From positions 22,196,001 through 22,260,000 of the forward strand of contig CM106586.1 in NCBI GenBank assembly GCA_048013815.1: a DNA stretch of 64,000 nucleotides. The letters are read 5' to 3'. Both the position numbers and the translations under genes were made by a program. The DNA comes from Setoptus koraiensis. Its lineage: Eukaryota; Animalia; Arthropoda. Below the pieces are notes generated by a model that was not told the DNA's origin, made no database searches, and was given only the letters and a program-made list of their open reading frames with translations. Below are positions 23,652 to 36,238 of this stretch, one piece after another (position 1 is the stretch's first letter; each line of letters begins with the position of its first letter).

Positions 23652-26399
23652 GCAGCGATATATTCAAATAACGGAATAGTGTGAAAATGGCCAACTCGAA
23701 TATTCGAATAAAACTTGTTGCCAGGTAGCATGCACTGGCAGTGTTCATTAGTGGCGGCTCGTTGATGGCTGATTGATGATTATTTCGTCACTTCCGGCGC
23801 AGAAATAGCGCGCACCTTGCAGTGGCGATGCAGTGATTTGGGCCGATGCTGGTATAGCAAGCGACTTTTTGGGCTGTTTTGTAGCGGTTTTGTGGTGCAA
23901 TTAAATGGTGGGCTCATCGCTGACGACGAGTCGTCACCGTGATCGACGTCACTGATAAATTGCCAGCGATAATCAGTGACGCACCGAGCCAGACATTTTA
24001 TCATCGGCATCGGCTCAGTGGCAACTTGTGAGTCGCAAGTGTGTCTATTATACGTTGTTTCATCTCGTCTCATTTTACTCATGAGCGCAAGCATTTAAAA
24101 GCCACCAACCGCAAACCGCAATCGCGAATCGCAAGCATAAATCACGGCGAGCGCCGCAGGTGAGCCGCTCGATCTAATGAATTAAATTAAATTTATTATT
24201 GGGCATGTTGATTTATGTGTCCCGCAAGCTCTGCGGGCCGACTGTCAGTTGGGAGCGATGCCGTTGCACTTGATTGTTGGCAAAGCTACAAAGTGTCTCA
24301 TCGCGCTCGTCGCAACCGAAAGCGCTCGCCGTTTGATAGAGCGTCTCGCCGCTTGATAAAACGTCTCGCCGCTTGATAAAACGTCTCGCTGCTCGATAGA
24401 GTGTCCGGCGGGCCGGCCGGCCGCGGGCATCCATCAATGCATCAAGCAACAATTTCAAAAGAGTTGATTGATAAAATGATTGGCAGTCGGCGTGATTCGG
24501 CGGCGCGCCGAAGGCCATTCTCTTGTCAGTTTGTCAGGCAAACAATATTGTTTTTCGATTGTGTCGCCGACAAAGTTTGTCGAAATGTGAGCGATCGGCT
24601 GAGAGTCTCGCGATGAGAGCGCAAGATTATTTATTAAATTATCATTAAATCATTATTATTAAAATTGGCAGAGAGCCACGAGTTTTGCAGTTTTGCGTTG
24701 CTGTCTGTTGTTGGGATGGCGGCGCTCGGATCATTAATTAGCCTCGTTGATAATTGTTCATATTGTTAATTGTTAATCTGATCCGTGTGTTCGGTGAGCG
24801 ATTCAACGCCACTTGTTCAGCTTCGCTCACAGCTCGACACAACATGCCACTATCATCACTATCATTACCCGTTATCGTTATTATCCGTTATGCTGTTATC
24901 ATGCAGTCGCCTTGTCGGGCGCCGGCAAGATATGCAACGCGACTGTGTTGCTGCTGCTGCGAATGGATTATCCGCTGCGATGAATTAATAACAATAAATT
25001 ATCTTATGTCTTATCGCGCGCGCCATCGTGAGCACAATCATCGTGAGTAGCGGTATCAGTTGCGCTGATTGCGTTAGTTGTGCCGGTTGCGTTAGTTGTG
25101 TGTCGGTTGTGTTAGGGGTCAAACGGTAGCTGACAGCCCCCTCACCTGTGCCGCTCGCCATCTCGCTCACCTGAGCTCACCTGTAGTCACCTGAGCTCAC
25201 CTGTAGTCAGCTGAAGTGAGCTGTAGTGAGCTGCGGCTTGTGTGTCGCACTTGTTAGCCACGAAACTCGACAAGTGCGACTGCGCACAGGTAACACAGGT
25301 AACAGGTTGTCGGCTGACAAGGGTTGTTGTCAGCCGACAACAACCGGCAAGCTTGTGAGCGCAACGTGCAAGATGCATAAATAATAATAAAGATGGATGA
25401 GAAATAATGAACAAAAAGTTTGCAAATCACAGCAATATTACGGTGAGTAGATAACGTTACAAAGTAATGTTTGTTTGATAGCTTGTTGCATTTATGCAGT
25501 GCTAATGCGCTCGTGCTGATAATGCGCTAATGTTAATAATGCCACTAATGCTAATAATGCGTTAATTAATAACTGCAAAATGCAGTTATGATTGGCAAGA
25601 TTGTTGCCGTTGTAACGTAACGCGCGCCGTATGCAAAACGCCCGCTACGCGGGTTACGCGCGGCGCTGTTTGCGTGTGTCGTCACCGCGCGACAGCAACA
25701 GCTAATGAATTAAAATTGAAATTAAATTTGAATTTAAAGCCAAAATAATGCTCACATCAGTGGGGAGATTATCCGTCCATTATCCCACCAATTGGCTGGC
25801 TTTGTCTGACTCATTTGTCTCTGGCGCGCCATCCATCAACGCGGATCGCATACTCGCCGCTCATCGCAAGCAAGTGATTGCAGCGCCGCTCATTGTTGCG
25901 CTGCAACCACTTGTTTGTGCGAACAAGAAGAATCGCTCAATTAGCTGCCAATTGCGGCACCTCCAGCGACTTAATTATCGCAAACTGGCCCGCTGAGCCG
26001 ATCTCTGGCTGGCTGCGATCATCACTGTCCGCTCACCTGTCGGCACCGTCGGCTCGCTCAACGTGCCACTGGTGCCGGCGCCCACGGGGGCCACCCGCTC
26101 CCCTGGCGGCACCGGTCGCGATTCTTCGGTCGATTGTTCGGTCGATCCTTTGGTGGCGCTGGCCGCGGGCCGCCGCAAGTCACCCGAATGCGCATGCCAG
26201 ACCGAACGCGCATGCCAGATTGAACGCGATGTATGCGGGATGCGACTCGCTCGAGACTCGATTGTTCCCGTTGCCCGCTTGCCCGGCATCGGCTGGCAAT
26301 AAATAACGGCGCCAGTTATAATTAGAGCGCACAAAGCGACAAACTGGAGCGAGGCTGGAATCTTCTCTTCAATTAGTCGCCGTTGCGCAATTTCCACTT

Positions 26400-26545
26400 T
26401 CGAAGCTGCGAATCTCGAGCTTCGAATCTCCAACTGCCAACTGCTAATTTCGAACTGCGAATTTCGAACTGCGAATTTCGAACTGCGAATTCCGAGCTTC
26501 GAATTTTGAACTGGCAACTGCGAACTGCGAACTTCGAACTGGCAA
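26400..26545. repeat. Degenerate 7-mer array CGAACTG/CGAATTT
   Basis: Read directly; boundaries approximate. Confidence 0.8.
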
Positions 26546-28877
26546 CTTGGAGCTGGCAACCAGTGCGAAACTAGTAATTGAATGCTGCGCTCCGAGGCGA
26601 CCGTTCGGTGTGCCGATCGGGCGAGTGTCGCGAACGGCGCTCACACTTCATTGGCCGCAGTGAGTCGCATGAGTTGCGTCACATCTCGCTGCCACTAACA
26701 AGCGACACAAGCTAGCCGAAACGAGGGCCAGAGGAAGCCAGCATCACTTCCATGTTGTTGGCGCTGCTTGTTGGTGTAGCGAGCAACAAGTTTCGCTCTC
26801 TGTCGCTGTCACTGCTGGGCCGGCTCGAACTGCGCCGATTGGCGAGTCGCCGATTCGAATGCCATTTCGAAGCGGCTTCAGTTGCTAATTAGCGGACACC
26901 AGTGTTTGTATAAGCGGCTCGCCCACCGAGCGCCGATCGGACGCCGGGCACCGGCCGGCCGGCCCGACAAGTCCGACGAGCCCGACGAGCCCGACGAGTC
27001 CGACGAGCCCGAGCGTTGAGCTCCGTCGGCCCTCGCTCAACGCACAGCGGCAAGTGTGAGAGTTGCGGGCACCGGCTAATTGGCTCATTTAGCCGCCGTT
27101 GCAGCAGCAAGCTATTGTTGGCCGCTGCAATAGGCTGCTCAAGAGCGCTCGCTCTAAATAGACCAAATCAATTAGCCCGCTGCTCATCGCTCATTGGCGC
27201 CAGGCGACAGCTGACAGCGGCCCGACTGTCACTGACAGTCTGTCACTGACAGGTGAGCCAGGCGGCCAGGTGAGGCACTACACACACACGGTGTGTGCTG
27301 CTGTCACAGTGTCGCTGCAGCAATTGGCAATTGGCTGACCGCTTGCCAGCATTCGCAATTGTCAGCACGCTGTTTGTTGGCTGGTTGCGTAACTGTCGCT
27401 GCTGTCACTGTGTTGTAAGCAGTGATATTGTTGTTATTGCAAAGATATCGTTGTTGTTGTTGTTACGCAAGCCAGTGGCAGCGGCGTTGGCTCCGACGGC
27501 CACAGGTGAGAGTGGCCAACTGTGGGCCGGCCAGCGGCAAACAATGGTCGCTTGTTGGCCGGCTGTCAACGCGACAGTATCAAGTGTCATCATTTAGGCT
27601 GCCATTTAGCCGATTTGTGTGAATGGACGCTGAGCGGACGCTTGATGGGCGAGCCCGCAGACCGTTAGATTGGCTTGTCAGCGGCCAGTCGAAGAATTGG
27701 ACGCCGGCCACGCGATTAGATCTGATCCCGACTGACGAGGCTGCATCGCCGCATCGATGTAGCGAGATGTCGGTGCAGCGGCACATCGAGGTAGCGAGAT
27801 GTCGATGTAGCGAGAATAATGGTGCCGGTCGATCAATTAATGTTACGTAAGCCGGCCCAACGATACACTGGGCCGGTGCCAATGTTTTGCCAATCAATGG
27901 CCGACCAGTCATTGCAATTCATGACATGGCATCGGTTCATTGTGTGCACAACAGCCAAAGCGTCGTTGTTGCGCAACAACAACGCCGTTGCGCAACAACA
28001 AGTGGCCAGCTCTTGTTGGCGGGTGACGCAATTGTTGTCATTGGCCAAAAGAGCCAATGAGACGCAGAGAGGCAAAGCGAGTCATTTCATCGACACAGCC
28101 GACGGGGCAGCTGGCCAACAAAGAGGCACTTAGGAAATGCCGTTCGCAATAGCACAATTGCGCAACCGTTACATTGTAACGAAAGAGAAAGCCCGACCAA
28201 CAAACAACGGCCATTTGAGACGTCGCTCGACAGATAAACTGGTCGACGGCTCCAATTTGTAGCGTAATTTGAATAGTTTACATAATAAGTCGCTTGCATT
28301 ATAATGTGGCAAACAAACAAAGCGGGCAAAGCTGTAAAATGGCGCTGCCAGTGCACCGACCAATCCAATTGCAGTGATTTAATTGAAGCTAGAGCCTGTC
28401 AATTAAGCGGCCGCCGGGATGCGATTCGGGCAAATCTGTCGCTGCTCGGCTCGGTCGCTGCGACCCGAACTTGGCACTTGGATGCTCGCATTCGGCGTCT
28501 CGGGTTTGGCGTCTCGATGCTCGACACCGAAGGGCCAACCGAGAAACTCGGAGCGAGAGCCCTCGGCGGCCGCGGGCTGTTCGCCGGGCTTCCTGCTCGC
28601 CCGATTAGCGCGCCGCGTCGATCGGGCAATCGATACGGCCGACACAAGCAACTGCGACTGAATGCCGCTTTATGACACAATGGAGCCGGCGGTGACCGGC
28701 GGCGGAGCGGCCGGTGGAACTCGATTTCGGGCCGATCCAATTCGCCCGTTCGAGTGCGAGCGGCCTCGATCGGACAGACGGCATAATGAACGACGGCGCA
28801 AAATTTGTGCGGCACAAAGGCCGCAAAGGGCAACAAACGCAGCAGCATTCTTTTCGCGAATCGCGAACATTGAGCAG

Positions 28878-28970
28878 CGAATGGCGAATGGCGAATAGCG
28901 AATAGCGAACGGCGAACAGCGAACGGCGAACAGCGAACAGCGAACGGCGAACAGCGAACGGCGAATTAGC
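28878..28970. repeat. 7-mer array GCGAA(C/T)(A/G)
   Basis: Read directly; the same unit type occurs near 554-590. Confidence 0.8.
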
Positions 28971-29798
28971 GAAAAGAATGCAGAATGAACTCTGGCGAAT
29001 AAAAATAAAACTGAGCACTCTATTCACAAGTCACTCTATTGGGCCGGCCGGCCAGCAGTGAGAGTGGACGCGGCCAATGCAAACACAAATATACAAATGC
29101 GATCGTGTGATGGTCGGCAACAGGTTGTTGCCACTGTGCCAACAATAAGGGCAACGCATCACTTATTAGCAGCATAACGGTGCCGTACCGTTAATGTCAA
29201 TCAGGCAGCATGTATCGTTGTGTCGCGATGCCATTGTCGTCGCTCGAAGCGCCGCCTCTGTCGGGTATCGGCGCCACACAACATCGACGCCGCAACATCG
29301 ACGCCGCAACATCGACGCCGCAATATCGACGCCGCAATATCGAAGCCAGAGTGAATGGTCAGACAACAAACAACGCTCCGGCCGCACAAATAAGTAAATG
29401 AGTAAATCGGTTGCGCAACTAACATGCCGCTTCGTGCTGCCCAATCTGACATTTGTTGGCTCTTGTTATGATGACGCAATTGATGAGACGCATAAAATGA
29501 GATAAGTCGCCGCATAAGCGCCGTCGGCGGGCACAATCGGCGACAACAATGGGCGCACACCGAGATACTTTGTTGTTTGTGAGTGATGTTTCGCTAACTC
29601 AATCACACTGTCGGCCGGCATGAACTCTCGCCCGTTGCTTGCCCGCTCGCCGGCTGGTCCGCTCGCCGGCTGATCCGCTCGCCGCTGATCCGCTCGCCGC
29701 TGATCCGCTCACCGGCTGGTCCGCTCGCCGGCTGGTCCGCCGATCCGCTCCCGTTCTAGCCTGGCACACGGCTGATTCAAAACACGGCTGCTTCAAAA

Positions 29799-29893
29799 CA
29801 GCTGATTCATGAGGCACACAGCTGATTCATGGCACTCAGCTGACTCATGGCACTCAGCTGACTCATGACACTCAGCTGTCACACACACAGCTG
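29799..29893. promoter_or_regulatory. Tandem ~18-bp unit with six CAGCTG E-boxes, two overlapping TGACTCA (AP-1-like) sites
   Basis: CAGCTG at 29799, 29819, 29837, 29855, 29873, 29888; TGACTCA at 29841 and 29859; TGATTCA at 29803 and 29823. Regulatory function is inferred. Confidence 0.4.
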
Positions 29894-32800
29894 ATCCATG
29901 GGAGAGACACAGCGGCGGCAGGCCAAACTTTTTCAGCTCGGCTGTACCCAAGTGTAAACGATGAATCAATGAATGGCGCCCGATGAATCGAAGAATCGAT
30001 GAATGGCGCCCGGCGAATCAATGGATCGATGAATGGCCGAACAAGACAAGAGAGCGGGGCGCACTTTGCAGCAGCGACACCACCGACCAGCTTGAGAAGC
30101 TAAAAAGCCCGAGCGGCTAAAAAGCCCGAGCGGCTAAAAATAGACGAATTACACTTGTTAGAATGCGAGCGATTGTGGGCGATTCGCCAAGGAGATGACA
30201 CACAATCAATTTGATCAATTCGTTGCTGTTGTTGTTTGTTCGCCGTGGCGCTTCTTTTCTGACCAATGGCATCAAACGGTGACTTGTGATACTGTTTTGC
30301 AGTGTTCTGGTTGCCTTGTTTGCACAGGACAGTTGACTGTCGATACACGGTCGATACACAGTCGATACACAGTCGATACACAGGGCCGTTTATCAACAGT
30401 GTATCGACAGGGATCGACAACAAAGCTCGCTGGCGCACAACAAAAAGTGATTGTAAACGCAAGTGGAGTGCAAAGAAAAAGTGAACAGGTAACTGTGCCA
30501 CTGACAGCCAACAATGCCAACAAGTGGCCGCTGACGGCAACGTGAATAATAAGCCAATATCGCCGATGAGCTCCTTTGTGGAGCGTTGCGCACAAAGCAG
30601 AAATATCGTCAGCAGTGATATCGTCTATTATTATCCGCTCAATGGCCGGATAACGGGCCAACGAGCCGCCGACTGGCGGCCGCTCGCGAGCCCGTTGCGA
30701 GCGGCCCAAGCGAGACTCGCACAACTGGAGCGGACGAGAGTCCCACTGAGTTGCTGTTGGCTCGCCGGCGGTTGTTTTATTATCGCTGGCAGCCGGCGCG
30801 GCGAGCGCAACAGTGTTTTTGGCAGTTTCTGACGCTCTCTGGCGCTCTCTGGCGCTCTCTGGCGAGGTCTGGCGCTCGCTGGCGCTCTCTGGCGAGATCT
30901 GGCGAGATCTGCGGCAGCCACAAGTGGAGCAACAAGGCCAAACGGACACAACAAAAAGATTAATTGTCTTGGCGCGCGATATTTGCATAATGCCGCTGCG
31001 GCGGCGCGATAATAATAGACGCTGCGCCAGAGCATCACGCAAGCCTCTCACCTTGACTCTGCTCAGTAGAGTCCACTGAGAGTGCCCGTCACGGTCGCCC
31101 ACCCGGTCGCCCGGTCAGCTGACTCGGGGCTCTCTCAGGCAGCGCGGTCAGGCGGCCGTCGGTTGACGGGGCGAGAAAACCGCCCACAAGCCGCATTTCA
31201 TCGCTTCGCAAACGAACATCTGATCGCTTGCCAACACCGTTGCGACCACCTAGCTCACCTGGCCGGCTCACCTGGTCAGCTGGCCAGAGCGGCCGAACAG
31301 GTGAGCTGGCCAGAGTGGCCGGAGCGGCCGTTGCGCTGTCAGCGATGATGTATGACGGCGGCGGCCAATATGTGCGCACGGTGTTTATGTTTCGCAAATG
31401 ACGCAATAAATCTGGCCAGATATCTGGCAATATCTGGCGTAATAATGGCAGCTATGATAATGCGAGCTTGTGTGTGGCTTCGCAGCGGCCAAGCCGCGTC
31501 TAAAACAAGCCGGCCCGTCTAATTGTTGCCGTGTGTGTGTGTGCGTTTTGGTATAAAAGAGAGATATAAATAGAGCGGTAGCGAAACAATTTAATCAACG
31601 GCGAACAAGTGGTTGCTCGTTGCGCAACAAGCGACTGGCCGCCACTCGTTTGCGGCGGGCCACCACTTGGTTGCAGCGGGCGCCACCAGGGGAGCAGCCG
31701 AGTGATGATGGATCACTCGCACCGTTAACTTATTTGCTATCCACTATTTATTATGCTCGCTTTTTATTCATCGCTCGGTTGCGATTTGTTTCGCGCCAAA
31801 TGCCAGATATTATTTCTGGATTGTAGAATCTAGAATGTGGAATCGTGTTCGCGTTCGTGCGGCCCGAGCCAAAAATATCCGACCAGTGTCAGACTAATAT
31901 CGGAATAAACACTAATAACAACGTTCAAACGAGCTGTTTATTACATTTGTATTCGGTATGCGGTTTGCGGCAGCGCCGGCCACAAATCATGTCATCGCAG
32001 CTCTATTGTCGTCGCGCCGGCCAGATATCGCATCCATTGGCATGAATTTGAGCTCGAATAAATTCAAATGATTCCGAGCCCGAGAGAATTCAAACGAGTT
32101 CGAGCCCGAGAGAATTCGAGCCTCGTACCGTCGGCGAGAATGCGTTTACGTGACGCGAATCGCCAGTGATTAATGTGTGCGCTTTCATCGAATCATTACA
32201 TTTGTATGTATATATAAATAAATAAATTATATCCCGTCGCTCGATTAGCGCCGACTCGCAAGCCGACTAATATACAAATATAAACATATGCACATGACCT
32301 ACGTTACGTAACGGCTATGTGAGTTACGTAACGGCTATGTAAGTAAGGCAACGTTAGCGGTCGCTTATTGCGGCCAACTATCAATTAGGCCGCACAGTGG
32401 ACGGCGAGGATTACGTAACAACATCACACCATCCGATCATGGGGCTAATTGAGTCATCGGGATTAGTGCTTTCGGCGCGCCATTGTATCAATAAATGGCA
32501 GTGTATTAATAAAAATAATATTGTGTTATATAACGGATCCTCGGGCGAGCAGCGGCCCAACATGCACGATGTACACATTTGTATTATGCTGTCATTATAT
32601 ACATAGGCCAATATGCAAGTATCTGAACAAGACGACAATTGCCGACATTAAATGGGCAAATGCCGCCCGAATTCGCTGGCCAATTTTACGACATGCCGTC
32701 CAGTAAAGCCAGCTTAGCCGGCCGGCCGGCCAGTTAATTGAATCTGGCGTGATAAATTATCGCGAGCGCCAGATTTAATTCGCGTAGGACGTTGTCGTCG

Positions 32801-35555
32801 GTCGCGCGACGCCCGAACTAACCAATTTTGACTGACCGATACCTGCAACGATCCTTTCGGACAGTCGCCACTCAACTGGCAGCGCAACTATTGTGACTTT
32901 TTCAGCCAGCTTAATGATAGTATAAATATATATTAAAGCCAGCCTACGGCCAGCGGAATCAATAGTGACACTAGTGCAAACATGTGATAAAATATACGCC
33001 AAGAAATACAAAAAAATATACGCCAATAAATACAAAAAAATATATGCCAATGGCGTGCCTTGCCGGCCAACAACATTGACTGTCGTGGCGACACAATGCC
33101 CATTATGTAATCTCACCGTGAGATGTCATTGTTGGCAGCCAGCATCTCAACTGTGCGCCATCCCGACCGCATAATGAGCTTGCCAGCTAATCCGCCAACA
33201 TCAGCGAGCTTGCCAACAGAGCTTGCCATACGCACATTACATGTGATTAGGTTGCATCATTACATTGTGTCGTTTCATTACATCATCATCAATTGCGGCC
33301 TGTCGTGAATACCACGTGAATAGCGCTGTATGTGAATACTGCTCGCGAATGCCATGTGAATACTGCTCGCGAATGCCATGTGAACACTATGTGAATACTC
33401 TGTGAATACATGTGAATACTCTGTGAATACTGTGTGAATATACGTGAATACATGTGAATATATGTGTTTGTTGGCGCGCGACCGGCATCCGTCAGTTGTT
33501 GCCGTCAGCGCAAACCGGGTATGTGAGCGGCTCATCAACAATAAACATTATTAATTAAGATTATTTTGCAAACTCATCAAAGGTCATTACTGAATTTGCA
33601 TTCACTGATAACGACACACACACACATAAACAACGAAATCATGACACCTCGCTTGCATAATGGCCGGCTCACTCGAGATGGTGATGCGATTCCGAATGCA
33701 CTCTCGTTCGAAGCCGCCCGCTCGAAGCCGCCCGCTCGAAGCCGCCCGCTCGAAGCCGCTCGCCTTCGAAGGCCGGCGCTCGGCGAACAATTAATTCGCT
33801 CTCGCTTTCGCTGTCGCTGTCGGAATTGTCAGACCGAATTCGGACAGCGAAGGCACAAACCCAGCCGATTGGACAAATCCAATTTCGACCAGCTTCGATT
33901 TTCAGCAACAACAACAACAACAAGCGCGCAATTAGAATCCCAATTAGACTTGCCGGCCGCTGGCCGAGCTTATTCATTACCTGTTTAGAACATGCCTGTT
34001 TGCACACAATTCTTGCGCTTCGCTCCGTTCGGCTCCATCTCGTCTCGTTTCGTCTAGTTTCATCTCATCTCATCTCGCTTCATCTCGCTCGGCTCGTTCC
34101 GTCTGGCACCTCGCCTCGTCTATGCAATCCATAGTTGCTTGCATTATGCTCTCTCGCACTTGTTGCTTGTGTGTGTGTGTGTGTTTTATTTCCTGATGGA
34201 TAAATGAAAACGATGCCAGAGCCAGCGAGGAAATGAGCATTAGCTGTGAATACTGACAGCGCACAGTTATTCACGATTATTCAATCACACAGGCGCAATT
34301 TCTCACTTTTTCCAGCCCGCCCGCTCACACTTGCCCCGTAACTCACCTGCAACTTGGCTGAGCCCGAAAGTTGCAGTCTATTGGCCATATTGTGGCCGTG
34401 GCGACCGGCAAGACCGCCGCCTAACTAGTGAGATCAACGACAAAACTGGCGATACCGTCGACGAAACCGGCGAGATCGTCGACAAAACGGGCGAGATCGT
34501 CGACGAAACCGGCGAGATCGTCGACGAAAGAGAGCCACTTAGATCGAGATTTGAGTCATGGGTAACAAGACAATTGCGTCTGTTTGGCCAGCCAGCGACG
34601 TCATCGGCTCACAAACCGCAACGTTATTGGCAGCTACAATCGATAGCTCGCCAGCGCCAGGTAGCTTGGCGTTTTCACTTGAAACTTTTCACTATCACTG
34701 ATGGTGAATAGTCACTATTGGCTATTCACTGTTTACTATTTGCTGAGACTTACTCGCATTCGGACAAAAGAGATTCACTTGTTGCTGGCCTGTTGTTGTT
34801 GCCGTTGCTGCTGTTGTTGCCGTTGTTGTTTGTGCCAGCGACAACAACAAGCCGAGTGTCGATGCTAAGTAACCAAATAATACGCATACACAAAACGAAG
34901 AATACGAATAGCAAATCAACATTGGCGTTTGTGTGCATGTTGGCTTCCTTTTGGCTTCTTTTTCTGTTCCCTTCTTTTCGCTTCTTTTCGCTTCGTTTCG
35001 CTTCTTTTCGCTTCTTTTCGCTTCGCTTCTCGGACGCTCGTCGGCCATTCCAACGACAGCCAACGATCACATCAGCCGACTGGCCACTCAACCGAACAAC
35101 ATCCGTGCCCGGGATAATGAATTGGGGGTGCCGTTATGGCATCGGGCACTCAACGGGACAACAAAGCGCAGCCTTCAACCTGTCTCTCCAACTCTCTCAC
35201 TGTATCGCCCGAAAAGGTGATGGTCGCCGGTTCGAACTTCGAAGGCGGCTGACTCGCCTTCGACGAGCCCCACGAGCCGGACCAACTGTTTGCAGCGCGA
35301 TACAGTCAGCCGCTGATCGGAGCCGGCCAATCGAACTGGCACATCGATAATGTTGTCAGCCGGCACACAACTCATGGGCGATGATGGGCGCCCCCGAATG
35401 CCAATCACTGGGTACCCGTCTGTCGGCGCCTATCCGGCATTGATGAAGAGCGGATACTGTGTTCCGAAATTCGGCGGGCATTCGGCGGGCATTCGTCGGA
35501 TATTCGTCTAGTGTACGCGCAAATATTCACGCGATGCGATATCCGCCCGCGGGCC

Positions 35556-35624
35556 GGCAACCGTGAATATTGATATCAGGCAACCGTGAATATTGATATC
35601 AGGCAACCGTGAATATTGATATCA
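35556..35624. repeat. 23-mer GGCAACCGTGAATATTGATATCA x3 (perfect)
   Basis: Read directly. Confidence 0.92.
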
Positions 35625-36189
35625 GACAGCGCGCGATCGTCCAGGGCAAATTGCTGGCCGTGATTGCGTCCGCTATCCACGCTCGGACAGCCGCTGTCGG
35701 TTTTGCGGAGTTGGTCACACGGGCGGCGAAACATCGAAGGCCTGACATTGTCAGGCCATCAATCATGGGCCTGACAATGTCAGGCTTAGAGGCCGCGATC
35801 TCGCCAAGCCAGCGCGCTGGCAAGATCGCGTTGATAGGTGCCACAGGGGCCGATTGGCCGACTGGCCGACCACTGATTGCGGTCGCTCGACTGGACACAG
35901 TTGGCAGTGAACATGAATTAATTATGCTCAGCGTTAATTAGCAACAAGCAGCATTGCTGGCAACCGCAAACCACCGACCACCGGAACCGCCATAAACAGC
36001 CAACCATAATCAGCAGCTGACATGCTCATTACATTACATAACGCGGCGCAACATACGCTGTGCCGCGCGTTATGTAATGTAATAATGTGATGACGCAATT
36101 GTGCATTTATGCAAATAGCGGCGCCATCGCACACGTTTGACACGGAGACTTGTTAGACAGAGTGCGGCAACCAGAGAGAGACGCCAACG

Positions 36190-36238
36190 GGCTACCTGAT
36201 GACAGGTGGGCTACCTGACGACAGGTGGGCTACCTGAC
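36190..36238. repeat. 19-mer GGGCTACCTGA(T/C)GACAGGT x2.5
   Basis: CTACCTG at 36192, 36211, 36230 and CAGGTG at 36203, 36222. Confidence 0.85.

Noticed and set aside
26400-26545. TTCGAA/GAATTTC-rich array as heat-shock elements
   Set aside because: Spacing does not give three alternating nGAAn pentamers; only weak partial matches, also near 40435.
35225-35250. GGTTCGAA as a tRNA T-loop (also GGTTCGATCC near 42380)
   Set aside because: No cloverleaf, A-box or acceptor stem around either site.
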